Shown here: one piece after another, positions 37,792-47,664 of the stretch
How the letters are laid out: every line of letters begins with the position of its first letter
Numbering within the stretch: the first letter of the stretch is position 1
Source: Eubacteriales bacterium
GTDB lineage: Bacteria; Bacillota; Clostridia; Oscillospirales; CAG-272
DNA length: 64,000 nucleotides
Reading direction: 5' to 3'
Assembly (NCBI GenBank): GCA_045577755.1
Contig: JAZNJA010000057.1
Location: 1,052-65,051 of the forward strand
Program-made: the position numbers and the translations under genes
Notes under the pieces: model-generated
What the model was told of the DNA's origin: nothing
Seen by the model: the letters and a program-made list of their open reading frames with translations, nothing else
The model's database searches: none

Positions 37792-37884
37792 CCGCGGACA
37801 TTCGCCATGATCCGAGGTAAGGCCGCGGATCCGATTTCAAAGTAAGAACAGGTCCTTCCCGAAGGGGGGACGTCACGGCGGGAG

Positions 37885-38766
37885 GTGAGCCGAATCAAGC
37901 AGCGTTTTTTCATAGCCTGTCTGGGTCTGGCTCTGGCCGTCGCCCTGTTTACGGGCGTATTCGCCGTCATGGGCTGGGGCTCCCTTCTTCGGGACGTGGG
38001 CTCGGCTGTCATTTATCCCTTCCAGTGGGTATTTTCCAAGGTGGGCTACGCCCTTTCGGGTTTTGGGGATTACCTGTCCGACGTGGACGGCCTTCTGGAG
38101 GAGATCGAATCCCTGAAGGCCGATAATCAGGTCCTGCGGGAGAAGCTGGTGGATGCTCAGATCCAAATGGACGAGAACCAATGGCTGTACCAATATCTGT
38201 CCATCAAGGATCAGCACAGGGACTACAGCCTCTGCGCCGCCTCGGTGGTTGCCTCCTCCTCGGTCATGGGAGACGGCGGCGCGTACGTCACCGAGTTGAC
38301 GTTGAATAAGGGGACCTCCTCCGGCGTGGAGGCGGGTATGCCCGTCATAACCTCCTCGGGCCTGGTGGGGGTGGTGGTGGAGGCAGGGCTTGACCACTGT
38401 CGGGTATCCACCATTCTGGACACCTCGGTCTCGGTAGGGGCCGTTACCACCAGAGCTACCGAAAACGGCCTTTGTGAGGGAGATTATTCCCGCGTGCACA
38501 ATGGATGTGCCCTGCTTCGGCAGCTCTCTGAGGAGGCTGACGTGGAGATCGGGGACCTTGTGGTCACCAGCGGGCGCGGAAGCGTATATCCCTACGGCAT
38601 TCCCATCGGGCGGGTGACCGAGGTGTCGTCCAACGCCTATAGCCGTACTACCGAGGCTACGGTACAGCCCTTCACCGACTTTTCCGACCTGACGCAGGTG
38701 GTGGTCATGACGCAGTACGTTCATTACGTGGACGGATACGAGATCGCACAGGGGGAGGAGCCGTGA
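37885..38766 (+). CDS. mreC: rod shape-determining protein MreC
   Basis: N-terminal TM segment and a coiled coil (LLEEIESLKADNQVLREKL). Beta-barrel motifs GMPVITSSGLVGVVVEA..STILDTSVSVGAV and GDLVVTSGRGSVYPYGIPIGRVTEV are present. The GTG start has a poorly spaced RBS, so the exact start is uncertain. Confidence 0.85.
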   Translation: MSRIKQRFFIACLGLALAVALFTGVFAVMGWGSLLRDVGSAVIYPFQWVFSKVGYALSGFGDYLSDVDGLLEEIESLKADNQVLREKLVDAQIQMDENQWLYQYLSIKDQHRDYSLCAASVVASSSVMGDGGAYVTELTLNKGTSSGVEAGMPVITSSGLVGVVVEAGLDHCRVSTILDTSVSVGAVTTRATENGLCEGDYSRVHNGCALLRQLSEEADVEIGDLVVTSGRGSVYPYGIPIGRVTEVSSNAYSRTTEATVQPFTDFSDLTQVVVMTQYVHYVDGYEIAQGEEP

Positions 38767-39365
38767 GGCGGGACCGCGTAGGGCGTCCCGGCCGACAGAG
38801 CGGCGGCGTTCGCTACACCGTGGTGGGAAGCGGACGGCGCTACCTGCTGGAGCAGATTCGCCTGACGGCGGTGCTGTCTCTTACGGGGCTGATCCTCATA
38901 GCACTGGAAACCACCGTATTTTCCCGTATTCCCCTTCCCTTCCCGGGCGGTATCACCGCCTCCCCCGCTCTGGGGCTGCTCTTTCCCATGGCCGTAGGTT
39001 TTCTGTACGGCGAGGAGGAGGGCGGGATCGCGGGGCTGATCGCCGGATGGCTGTCGGATGCCACCCTGAGCGAGGGTATGATGCTGCTCCCCCTCCTGTA
39101 CTTTCTGTGCGGTTACCTCTCGGGGACCGTGGGAAAGCGGAGACTCGCCCATAACCTTCCCTCCTTCGCGGTCTTTTCCCTGTTCGGCGGCGGGCTCAAA
39201 TGTCTTTTGGCCGTGGGGATCGAGACGGTACGGAGCGGTGGGCTTCCCCCGGCTCTGTGGGTCTTGAAGGGACTGGCTCCCTCCTGGGGAATGACGGTTT
39301 TGTTCTCGGCGGCCGTGTACGGCATCATCAAGGCCGAGCAGTGGCTGCTCAAGCCCAAAAACTGA
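38763..39365 (+). CDS. mreD: rod shape-determining protein MreD (putative)
   Basis: A multi-TM protein translationally coupled (GTGA overlap) to mreC. The N-terminal ~35 aa may be over-extended. Confidence 0.65.
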   Translation: MRRDRVGRPGRQSGGVRYTVVGSGRRYLLEQIRLTAVLSLTGLILIALETTVFSRIPLPFPGGITASPALGLLFPMAVGFLYGEEEGGIAGLIAGWLSDATLSEGMMLLPLLYFLCGYLSGTVGKRRLAHNLPSFAVFSLFGGGLKCLLAVGIETVRSGGLPPALWVLKGLAPSWGMTVLFSAAVYGIIKAEQWLLKPKN

Positions 39366-39428
39366 TCTGAAAGCATGATTTTTTCATACACAATCGAAGT
39401 CTAACAACATTTTCACGGAGATAACAGC

Positions 39429-42128
39429 ATGAGCAAGAAAAAAGAAAGAGAGCTGCAAAGAGAAAACGAGTGCATCCTCTTTGAGAATCAGAAGGTCGTG
39501 GACGTGAATATGGAGCATGAGGTGAAGAAATCCTTCATCGAGTATTCCATGTCTGTCATCATCTCCCGCGCCCTGCCCGACGTGCGCGACGGCATGAAGC
39601 CGGGTCAGCGCCGTATCCTGTACACCATGTACGAGGATCACCTGACCCACGACAAGCCCTTCCACAAGTCGGCGGCTACCGTCGGTACGGTGCTGGCGCG
39701 GTACCATCCTCACGGTGACGCCTCCGTGTACGGCACGATGGTACACATGGCACAGCCCTTCAATATGCGCCATATCCTCATTGAGGGCCAGGGTAACTTT
39801 GGCTCGGTGGACGGTGACCCGCCCGCCGCTTACCGATACACCGAGGCGCGCATGGACAAGATCACCGACGAGATGCTCAGGGACATGGACAAGAACGTGG
39901 TCAACATGATCCCCAATTTCGACAACAGCCGCAAGGAGCCCGAGGTTCTTCCCTCCCGCTTCCCCAATCTCCTGGTCAACGGCTCCATGGGTATCGCTGT
40001 CGGTATGGCCACCAACATCCCCACCCACAATCTGGGTGAGGTCATTGACGCCACCATCTACCGCATGGAGAACCCCAACTGCGAGATCCTGGAGCTCATG
40101 CAGTTCATCCAGGGCCCCGACTTCCCCACCTACGGTACCATCTACGGCACCAATGGCATCAAGGAGGCTTACCTCACGGGTAAGGGCCACATCATGGTCC
40201 GCGCCGCCGCCGAGGTGGAGGAGGACAAGCGCCAGATCGTCATCACCGAGATCCCCTACAGCGTCAACAAGAGCCTGCTCTGCGCCGCCATCGGTAATCT
40301 GGTGAAGGACAAGCGGGTGGACGGCATCTCGGATATCCGCGACGAGTCCGACCGCAACGGTATGCGCATCGTTATCGACCTCAAGCGTGAGGCCAACGGC
40401 CACGTGGTGCTGAATCAGCTCTACCGCTACACCCAGCTCCAGGATACCTGTGCCGTCAATATGCTGGCCATCGTCCGCAACGAGCCCAAGGTGCTGAACC
40501 TGGCCCAGATCCTGGACTACTACATCGAGCATCAGGAGTCGGTCATCACCAACCGCGTCAAGTTCGATCTGGCCGCCGCCCTGCGGGATGCCCACATCTA
40601 CGAGGGCTATAAGCTGGCCATCGACAACATCGACGAGGTCATCTCCATCATCCGCTCCTCCCCCGATATCGCCACCGCCAAGGTCAACCTCATGAACCGC
40701 TTTAACGGTCCCGTCCGTGGCGGTGAGGAGCTGGATCTGGCCGAGTTCGCCGCCGACGAGAACCCCGGGCTCTCCGAGGAGCAGGCCGCCGCCATCGTGG
40801 CCCTGACCCTGGGCCGTCTCTCCGGCCTGGAGCGCCAGAAGATCGAGGACCGCCTGGAGGCTCTCCACGCCGCCATCAAGGAGTACCGCGAGATCCTGGG
40901 CGACATCAACCGCATCAAGCAGATCATCAAGGACGAGATGCTGGAGATCAAGGCCAAATATGCCGAGCCCCGCCGCACCCGCATCGAGCAGGTAGAGAAC
41001 GAGATCATCGACGAGGATCTGGTGGAGCGCCGCAACTGCGTCCTGACCCTGACCCACGCCGGCTACATTAAGCGCCAGGCCACCGACGTCTACTCGGCCC
41101 AGCGCAGAGGCGGTAAGGGCATCATGGGTATGGCCACCAAGGAGGAGGACTACATCGAGCAGGTGGTCTCGGTCCACTCCCATTCCACCGTCATGATGTT
41201 CACCAACACGGGTAAGGTCCAGTGCATACGGGGCTTCCAGATCCCCGAGGCCTCCCGTACCGCCAAGGGCACCAACGTGGTCAACCTCCTCCAGCTCACC
41301 GAGGGGGAGAAGATCACCTCTATGATCGCCGTCACCGACTTTGCCGAGGGTGAATACCTGATCATGGTGACCCGAAACGGTGTCATCAAGCGTACCCTGC
41401 TCGCCGAGTTCGAGTATCAGCGCAAGGGCGGTAAGATCGCCATGAACCTGGACGAGGGCGACGAGCTGCTCTACGTCCTCCACACCATGGGCGACAGCGA
41501 GATCATTATTGCCACCGCTGCCGGTAACGCCGTCCGTTTCGACGAGAACAACGTCCGCTGTATGGGCCGTACCGCCCGCGGTGTCAAGGGTATTTCCCTG
41601 CGCGAGGGCGACGGTGGCCGCGACCGCGTGGTGGGCGCCGTTGTGGTGGATGATACCAAGCACCTGGTCACCGTCACCGAGCGGGGCTACGGGAAGCGTT
41701 CTCCCTTCGACGACTTCCGCACCATGGCCAACCGCGGCGGCTTTGGCGTCCGTTGCCAGAACGTCACCGAAAAGACCGGCCTTGTGGCGGGTATCGCCTC
41801 CGTGGACGGGGATGAGGATCTCATGATGATCACGGATCAGGGTACCATCATCCGCACCCCTGCCTCGGATATATCCATTCTGTCGAGAAGCGCCGGCGGT
41901 GTCATCGTCATGCGCCTGCCCGAGGGCCAGTACGTGGCCAACTTCACTGTGGTGGCCAAGGAAGAGGAGGATGCCGATGAGGCCGATACCGAGGCCGTCG
42001 AGGTAGAGCTTGAGGCAGAGGGCACCGAGGATGAGGTGATCCTTGCTGAGATTCCCGATGACTCCGCAGACGAGCTCTCGGACGAGCCCTTTGAAGAGCC
42101 CTCTGAAGAGCCCTTTGAAGAGGTATAA
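39429..42128 (+). CDS. gyrA: DNA gyrase subunit A
   Basis: [29 protein letters not shown], and the active-site region [10 protein letters not shown]. There are C-terminal beta-pinwheel repeats and an acidic tail ending [15 protein letters not shown]. Confidence 0.97.
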   Translation: MSKKKERELQRENECILFENQKVVDVNMEHEVKKSFIEYSMSVIISRALPDVRDGMKPGQRRILYTMYEDHLTHDKPFHKSAATVGTVLARYHPHGDASVYGTMVHMAQPFNMRHILIEGQGNFGSVDGDPPAAYRYTEARMDKITDEMLRDMDKNVVNMIPNFDNSRKEPEVLPSRFPNLLVNGSMGIAVGMATNIPTHNLGEVIDATIYRMENPNCEILELMQFIQGPDFPTYGTIYGTNGIKEAYLTGKGHIMVRAAAEVEEDKRQIVITEIPYSVNKSLLCAAIGNLVKDKRVDGISDIRDESDRNGMRIVIDLKREANGHVVLNQLYRYTQLQDTCAVNMLAIVRNEPKVLNLAQILDYYIEHQESVITNRVKFDLAAALRDAHIYEGYKLAIDNIDEVISIIRSSPDIATAKVNLMNRFNGPVRGGEELDLAEFAADENPGLSEEQAAAIVALTLGRLSGLERQKIEDRLEALHAAIKEYREILGDINRIKQIIKDEMLEIKAKYAEPRRTRIEQVENEIIDEDLVERRNCVLTLTHAGYIKRQATDVYSAQRRGGKGIMGMATKEEDYIEQVVSVHSHSTVMMFTNTGKVQCIRGFQIPEASRTAKGTNVVNLLQLTEGEKITSMIAVTDFAEGEYLIMVTRNGVIKRTLLAEFEYQRKGGKIAMNLDEGDELLYVLHTMGDSEIIIATAAGNAVRFDENNVRCMGRTARGVKGISLREGDGGRDRVVGAVVVDDTKHLVTVTERGYGKRSPFDDFRTMANRGGFGVRCQNVTEKTGLVAGIASVDGDEDLMMITDQGTIIRTPASDISILSRSAGGVIVMRLPEGQYVANFTVVAKEEEDADEADTEAVEVELEAEGTEDEVILAEIPDDSADELSDEPFEEPSEEPFEEV

Positions 42129-42131
42129 GCC

Positions 42132-42764
42132 ATGAAAAGAATACTCACTATTCTGTTGGCGGTTTTGATGCTGGCCGGATCCGTCGTGGGTCTTGCCTCC
42201 TGCTCCGCCAGCGAGCCTGCCCCCGACATTGATCAGGTGTACGACCGTCTGGTTCAGGTCATTGAGGCCTCCCATGAGGTCAACGTTCTGCTCTTTGGCG
42301 CGGGTCTCCCCGTCTATCCCCGCGGGGATGCCGAGGATGAGCTGGTCCATCGCTACTATGGCGTGGACGATAACGGCCGGGAATACGTGACTCCCTACGC
42401 CAAGTACGCCAGCATCGCCGAAATGCAGGCCGCCATCGCGGCGGTCTACAGCACCGAATATCGAGAGTCTCTGTATGAATCCCTGTTTACAGGCTACGCG
42501 GCCAACGAAATGTCGGTGGTCATGCCGGCCCGCTTCTCGGAGGACGAGCGATATCTGTACATGAGTAAGTACGTGGATCCCCTGGTGAAGGGGGTACGGG
42601 TGTACGATTACGCCTCTATGGAGATCGTAAGCTATTCCCATTCCTCCCGTATGCGGATCAGCATTCGCTCTTATACCGAGAATCAGCCCGACGAGTGGGT
42701 CAACGTGTATCTGACCTTCGTCTACGAGAACGGAGACTGGTACCTGGACAGCCCCAGCTGCTGA
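42132..42764 (+). CDS. hypothetical lipoprotein
   Basis: Signal peptide and lipobox VVGLASC. It starts 4 nt after the gyrA stop. I recognised no family. Confidence 0.6.
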   Translation: MKRILTILLAVLMLAGSVVGLASCSASEPAPDIDQVYDRLVQVIEASHEVNVLLFGAGLPVYPRGDAEDELVHRYYGVDDNGREYVTPYAKYASIAEMQAAIAAVYSTEYRESLYESLFTGYAANEMSVVMPARFSEDERYLYMSKYVDPLVKGVRVYDYASMEIVSYSHSSRMRISIRSYTENQPDEWVNVYLTFVYENGDWYLDSPSC

Positions 42765-42797
42765 GCGGTGCTTCCCTGTTCACTTTCCGATCCGGTG

Positions 42798-42836
42798 AAA
42801 AACATCCCCTTTCCTGTGAGAGGGGATGTTTTTTGA
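42798..42836 (+). terminator. intrinsic terminator
   Basis: AAAACATCCCCT-ttcctgtgag-AGGGGATGTTTTTT. Confidence 0.85.
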
Positions 42837-42881
42837 GTTTATGCGGTTCTGTAAGAAACGAAACATTAATATAATAACAAT

Positions 42882-43955
42882 ATGTTACATTTAGTGCTAT
42901 GGAATACGGGATCAAAAGGGAGAGGACAACTCAAAAAACTGAAATGGGGGGTTTTTACTTCCCTGCTCGCTGTTCTCCTGTGGTGGATGGCACTCCGAGG
43001 GGCGGGGGCCATGGAAAAGGAGGTGACGGTTACGGTTCAAAAGGAGGAAGCGGGAGTCTGGGCTTTGTGCCTGTCCCGTGACCTGTACGGGATCTGCGAC
43101 GGTGAAAATATGGCTCTGCTTCTAAGGATCCACGCCCCCCATGGAAGCAGGATCGCCCGGGTGGAAACAGCCTCGGGGGCCGATGGCTTGGTTGTGACGG
43201 TGGGAGAGAGCGGTGGGGATTCGGTCACGGTGCTGCTGGACGGGAGACCCTTCAAGGAGGAAGGGGAGCCAAGCCCCCTATTGCGGGTATTTCCGGAGGA
43301 GTCAGCGGGGGAAACAGGGAGGGGATGGAAGGATCCCGACGCGTATCCCACGGTGACGGCGGGAGGGTATGGAGATCTCGCGGTATACGTTATGGGGAAG
43401 GAAGGGGTGGAGGTGATCCCTCTGAGATTCATGCCACCGAAGGAGGTGGGTGCTTCGGGGGAAATCTCGGTATCCGGGACAGATGAAACGGGAAGCGAAA
43501 CCTCGGAGGAGACCGCGGAGCCGACAGAGACCCTTGAAAATACCAAGTGGCCTGAGGAATCGACTCAGGCCGAGAGTCCGGGGACCGATGATGGGTCCAT
43601 GCCGCCCGAAGTAGGACATAGCCGCTTCATGGGCTGTCGGGAGACGGCTGTACGGAATGGACGCTTTACGGTGGAATTTCTGTTTCGGGGAAAAGGGAAG
43701 GAAACCCCTGTCCATTGTGCCAAGGGGGGCGGGTTACTGACTCTGACCGTGTACTCTGTCGAGACCCTGACGGTACGGGAGGGGGGAAGCACTGTGACCT
43801 ACGGAGGGGAATGGAGGGTCTGCAAATTCTCGGGACTCTCGTCCCATGGGCAGTACCTGTTTTTCGTGGATACCGGGGAGGAATACGTAGAGGTCCTGTA
43901 CGTGAACGGGTGCTTTGCGGGATTTGAAAAGGGAAGGGAGGTTTCATGGGGATAA
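42882..43955 (+). CDS. hypothetical secreted/membrane-anchored protein
   Basis: An N-terminal hydrophobic segment (VFTSLLAVLLWWMALRGAGA). The start codon is uncertain because there is no good RBS before ATG 42882. Codon usage is GGG/GGA-rich, unlike the neighbouring genes. Confidence 0.45.
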   Translation: MLHLVLWNTGSKGRGQLKKLKWGVFTSLLAVLLWWMALRGAGAMEKEVTVTVQKEEAGVWALCLSRDLYGICDGENMALLLRIHAPHGSRIARVETASGADGLVVTVGESGGDSVTVLLDGRPFKEEGEPSPLLRVFPEESAGETGRGWKDPDAYPTVTAGGYGDLAVYVMGKEGVEVIPLRFMPPKEVGASGEISVSGTDETGSETSEETAEPTETLENTKWPEESTQAESPGTDDGSMPPEVGHSRFMGCRETAVRNGRFTVEFLFRGKGKETPVHCAKGGGLLTLTVYSVETLTVREGGSTVTYGGEWRVCKFSGLSSHGQYLFFVDTGEEYVEVLYVNGCFAGFEKGREVSWG

Positions 43956-44062
43956 CGGCGTTTTTTTCGGTGAGATTGCAAATAAATAATCCCAATTGAT
44001 GCTGATTTGACGAAAATTTGGTAAGAAACTGCGTTATTCACAATGAATTCAAAAAAAATGTA

Positions 44063-44091
44063 TTGACAATTAAGGAGTTTTGATATAAAAT
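44063..44091 (+). promoter_or_regulatory. candidate promoter TTGACA-17-TAAAAT
   Basis: TTGACA at 44063-44068 and TAAAAT at 44086-44091, about 55 nt upstream of ATG 44146. Confidence 0.5.
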
Positions 44092-44145
44092 ATACTCAAC
44101 GCATACTGTTTGTATGCAAATCTTATCTCAAAGGAGAAAAAAAGC

Positions 44146-45672
44146 ATGAACGCAAAAAGAATTTTTGCTCTTCTTCTGTCTCTCTTGATGGTCGTGACCA
44201 GCCTCACCGCTATGATGACCGTCTCCGCTGACGAGACCGAGGATAAGTTCGCTCCCACCAATGAGGAACTCACTCAGATGTACGTGGGCGGCCAGGGCGG
44301 CGCGCTTGGCGGCTTTGGCCCCGGCAGCTCCTTCGGTGCAATGGTGTCTGTTCCCGCCGGCAAGAGACTGACTCAGATCAACTTCCACGCTCTGGCTACC
44401 TACAACACCAACGTCAACCACATCGAGTTCAAGGTCTACCAGTGGGATACCGACTACGCCACCTCCGTCAAGGGTGAGGTCCTGGCCATCGCTACCAAGA
44501 CCAACCACACTGACAACGCTCCCCTGGACCTCAAGCTCCCCACCAACCGTAACCTGACCGGTGATTTGCTGTGGGTCGCTACTTACGTCTCCGGTGATTC
44601 TCAGATGACTCCCTGGCTGGCCTCCGAGGGCCCTGTCGGTACCGCCATGTACTTCGGCAACGGTAAGGAGTGCGCCGCATTCTGCTTCTCTATGACCACC
44701 GCTGACGAGCTCACCGTGACTCCCAACTCCTACACCGCTACCTTCGTGGCTGACGGCACCGAGGTCGCCAAGGTTAAGTTCCTTGAGGGTGATACCGTTC
44801 TGTACAACATCCCCGAGGTTCCCGCTAAGGACGGCTACTGGGCTGACTGGGCTCCCTACACCCTGGGCAACGCTGACGTCACCATCGAGGCTGTCTACAC
44901 CGACGCCTCCGACGCTGTCAAGCCCGAGATCAAGGACCCCGCTAACGTCACCGCTTTCGCTGAGTCCCACATTTCCTACCTCCGCGGCGAGGGCTGCGTG
45001 GCTAAGGTCAACCGTGACGGTACCGTTTCCTTCACCGGTGGCTGGGAGGTCGACGCTGATATCGACGCTTACGCCAAGATCAACTACCTGCAGTTCATGC
45101 AGAAGAACCTTGAGGGCTTCAAGAGCAAGAACGATCTGCCTAACAAGAGCCACAAGTACAAGGTCATCGTCCTGAAGGTCAAGGCTCCCGCCGTGGCCCT
45201 GGATTCCGATCCCAACATGACCGTTATCGTCGGCCGTGATACCGAGATCTACGGTAAGGAGGTCGCAAACCAGATCAAGTGCGACGGTACCGAGGAGTAC
45301 TGGATCTTCGACTTCTCCGATGAGCCCGATTTCTATTCCGACGTCATCAACAACATCTCCATCAACTGGGCATACAGCATGGGCGAGGAGTCCAACCTGG
45401 GCGCTGAGTTCGTCCTGATGGGCTTCCAGTTCTTCGATACTCTGGAGGACGCTCTGACCGCTACCGGCGGTGAGGAGGCTACTGAGGCTCCCACTGAGGA
45501 GAAGACCGAGGCTCCCGAGACCGAGGCTCCCGCTACCCAGGCTCCCGATACTCAGGCTCCCGTCGTGGACGATACCGAGCCCGCTAAGAGCGGTTGCGGT
45601 TCCGTCATTGGCTTTGGCGCAGTTGCCGTTCTGGCCGCCGCCGCTGCCGCTGTGGCTCTGAAGAAGGACTGA
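44146..45672 (+). CDS. secreted surface protein with Listeria-Bacteroides-type repeat and C-terminal GCGSV-TM-KKD signal
   Basis: The ORF track gives 44110..45672. The preferred start is ATG 44146, 9 nt after AAGGAG. The signal peptide reads MNAKRIFALLLSLLMVVTSLTAMMTVSA. YTATFVADGTEVAKVKFLEGDTVLYNIPEVPAKDGYWADW resembles the Flg_new/InlB B-repeat. The linker reads EATEAPTEEKTEAPETEAPATQAPDTQAP. The C-terminus reads KSGCGSVIGFGAVAVLAAAAAAVALKKD. Codon usage resembles ppdK and nifJ. Confidence 0.75.
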   Translation: MNAKRIFALLLSLLMVVTSLTAMMTVSADETEDKFAPTNEELTQMYVGGQGGALGGFGPGSSFGAMVSVPAGKRLTQINFHALATYNTNVNHIEFKVYQWDTDYATSVKGEVLAIATKTNHTDNAPLDLKLPTNRNLTGDLLWVATYVSGDSQMTPWLASEGPVGTAMYFGNGKECAAFCFSMTTADELTVTPNSYTATFVADGTEVAKVKFLEGDTVLYNIPEVPAKDGYWADWAPYTLGNADVTIEAVYTDASDAVKPEIKDPANVTAFAESHISYLRGEGCVAKVNRDGTVSFTGGWEVDADIDAYAKINYLQFMQKNLEGFKSKNDLPNKSHKYKVIVLKVKAPAVALDSDPNMTVIVGRDTEIYGKEVANQIKCDGTEEYWIFDFSDEPDFYSDVINNISINWAYSMGEESNLGAEFVLMGFQFFDTLEDALTATGGEEATEAPTEEKTEAPETEAPATQAPDTQAPVVDDTEPAKSGCGSVIGFGAVAVLAAAAAAVALKKD

Positions 45673-45710
45673 TTTTCTTAGGATCAGCGCGACTGACAAA
45701 CAAACGTTTT

Positions 45711-45746
45711 GCCCCACAGACCCGAAAGGGTTTGTGGGGCTTTTTG
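45711..45746 (+). terminator. intrinsic terminator
   Basis: GCCCCACAGACCC-gaaa-GGGTTTGTGGGGCTTTTT. Confidence 0.85.
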
Positions 45747-45754
45747 ATGATTTT

Positions 45755-45979
45755 CAAATTGGGGTTTATCGAACTGTTTGACGGATGGAAAATGTATTTT
45801 TTTGGTAACGGGCGACCACATAGGGTCGCCCCTACAAACCGCCTTATAATAATTTAAAACCCGAAAAGTCATTGTCAAACAAAGAAATACACCTGTAGGG
45901 GCGGCCCTGCGTGGCCGCCCGTTACATAGCGGTTTCATCTTACCTATCGGATCTCAAACACACCGAAAAACTGCAATTT
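45755..45979. repeat. family-A MITE-like element, copy A3 (225 bp)
   Basis: The left end CAAATTGGGGTTTATCGAACTGTTTGACGGA is 30/30 identical (from its second base, 45756-45785) to the partial copy at 63971-64000. The internal inverted pair is GTAACGGGCGACCACATAGGGTCGCCCCTACA (45805-45836) / TGTAGGGGCGGCCCTGCGTGGCCGCCCGTTAC (45894-45925). The right end reads ..TACCTATCGGATCTCAAACACACCGAAAAACTGCAATTT. Confidence 0.8.
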
Positions 45980-45981
45980 AT

Positions 45982-47220
45982 CTACCCATAAAACTTATGA
46001 TTCCCAATCGTCATGATATAGGGCCTTGTCCGTCCGATCCAGGAGGAGGTGGCAATCCCGGGATTGTAAAAATAGATCATTTGGGTGGAGAGTGAATAAC
46101 CCTCCAGGCAGATCTTGGCGGCGCGGATGGCCGAGGCGGTGGGGGCTTGGTAAATGGTGCCGCTGGACACGGGGGAGAACTGGGTGCCGTATTTGGTATC
46201 AAAGATGACGCCCTTGACGGTGTTCGGGTACTGACTGCTCCGCACACGGTTGAGCACCACGTTCCCTACGGCGATCTGCCCCGCGAAGGGCTCACCCTTG
46301 GCCTCGGCGGAGATGATGCGGGAGAGCCAGTAGAGGTCTGTGGAGTTGTAATATTCCGATGCCCACTTCACGGCGGTAGGATCCCCTGAGGTAATGAAGG
46401 CATCGTAGTACCCCGACCGAATGGTCACCTTGGCATTCATGGCCTTGCACATGGAGGTCAAGGGGACGAAGATCCAGCCTCCCAGGCTGATCACCTTCTT
46501 ACCCGTGTAGAAAATGCGCTCATTGACGGTAATGTAGGGGTCGCCCACCTTCACGGTAACCGAAAGATTGGTGCCCGTGATCACTACCTGCTCGGTGGCC
46601 TCGGTATAGACGGTTTTGAAGCTTCCGAAAAGATCAGCAAAGCGTTGAACGGGGACGTATACGGTGCCGCCAATGTCGGCTACCTGTCCCTTCAGGATCT
46701 GCTTTCCATCCTTGTACAGGTCAACGGCCATAGCGCCCGCGGGATAGGGGTAGTAGATCCGCGCGCCTCCTCGCACCTGCTTCTCCATTTTTGTTTCGAT
46801 TCGCCGCGCGATCAGCTCCTGAGTCAGGGGAAGGGAAGGATCAAAAAGGTCGGTCTCTTCCTGTTCAGACCCGTCCGGGATGGGATCTTGCGTGTCGAGA
46901 TCGGGGGAGGGCCGGGTGGCGCTCTCCTCACGGCGGTTCAAGGAAAAGGATACCGACAGCTCCTCGGCCATGGTCCCGGGCTTAGCCGGAACGCGGATCG
47001 GCTCTACCTCGGGAGAGGAGGAGTGAATCTCTGAATCCGTATTCTCTATGGGGGATGAGGGTGTAAAGTCATCCCTTTGCGGATGAGAGAGGGCCGCCAC
47101 CGAGGGAATCGCCGCGGGGATAGTGAGCAGTACCGACAAAAGGACTGCCGCCACACGGGATGGTAAGGGTGTTCGGTCGGTGGCGCTGTTTCGGTGGATG
47201 TGGCTGAATGTGTGTTTCAT
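45982..47220 (-). CDS. SleB/CwlJ-type cell wall hydrolase with copper-amine-oxidase-like N-terminal (stalk) domain
   Basis: The ORF track gives 45982..47301, and ATG 47220 is preferred. There is a signal/anchor segment (VAAVLLSVLLTIPAAIPSVAA). The C-terminal Hydrolase_2-like motifs are LSRIISAEAKGEP, GQIAVGNVVLNRV, VIFDTKYGTQFSP and YFYNP. Confidence 0.8.
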   Translation of the reverse strand: MKHTFSHIHRNSATDRTPLPSRVAAVLLSVLLTIPAAIPSVAALSHPQRDDFTPSSPIENTDSEIHSSSPEVEPIRVPAKPGTMAEELSVSFSLNRREESATRPSPDLDTQDPIPDGSEQEETDLFDPSLPLTQELIARRIETKMEKQVRGGARIYYPYPAGAMAVDLYKDGKQILKGQVADIGGTVYVPVQRFADLFGSFKTVYTEATEQVVITGTNLSVTVKVGDPYITVNERIFYTGKKVISLGGWIFVPLTSMCKAMNAKVTIRSGYYDAFITSGDPTAVKWASEYYNSTDLYWLSRIISAEAKGEPFAGQIAVGNVVLNRVRSSQYPNTVKGVIFDTKYGTQFSPVSSGTIYQAPTASAIRAAKICLEGYSLSTQMIYFYNPGIATSSWIGRTRPYIMTIGNHKFYG

Positions 47221-47493
47221 GGTGGTGGTCACCTGCCTTTCCGGCGGTACCGATGTATTGATTACGCGAATATGATATGGGAACGAATCAAGGCATATCA
47301 CGGGCGTGCCTCCGAAAACGGTACGGCCTGTGAGTTGTCCCCCACGGAAAGCCCGACGGATCGAGCCTTCCGCGGGAGCGGAGGAATTTCAAGCGGGGCG
47401 GGGATCGAGAGCCATGGGGATGCCCGCCTCGCCTGTTCCATTATATCAGAATTATGCGTTGAAATCAAGGAACAATGTTTGGCAGAAGAGGGA

Positions 47494-47630
47494 AAAATAG
47501 GGTTTGTCGGGGTGTTTGAAGGAACAAAGCGGAGTGCTTTTCGGTGGCGGGTGCACCTGTGTGTACGCCCGTAACATGGCAGTTTCTTCTTACCTATCGG
47601 GTTACAAACTCACCGCCAAACCTCAATTTC
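47494..47630. repeat. family-A element, short copy A4 (137 bp)
   Basis: The left end reads AAAATAGGGTTTGTCGGGGTGTTTGAAGGAAC. There is a single hairpin, GGGTGCACCTGTGTGTACGCCC. The right end reads GTAACATGGCAGTTTCTTCTTACCTATCGGGTTACAAACTCACCGCCAAACCTCAATTT and aligns with the right half of A3. Confidence 0.7.
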
Positions 47631-47639
47631 ACAACAAAT

Positions 47640-47662
47640 AATTTGAGAATCATTCTCAAATT
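47640..47662. promoter_or_regulatory. Zur/Fur-type operator, perfect 11-1-11 palindrome
   Basis: AATTTGAGAAT-C-ATTCTCAAATT ends 2 nt before the -35 of the zur-znu promoter. Confidence 0.7.
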
Positions 47663-47664
47663 AC

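Noticed and set aside
39384-42641. 1085-aa minus-strand ORF
   Set aside because: It is antisense to gyrA and the downstream lipoprotein gene, and has no recognisable motifs.
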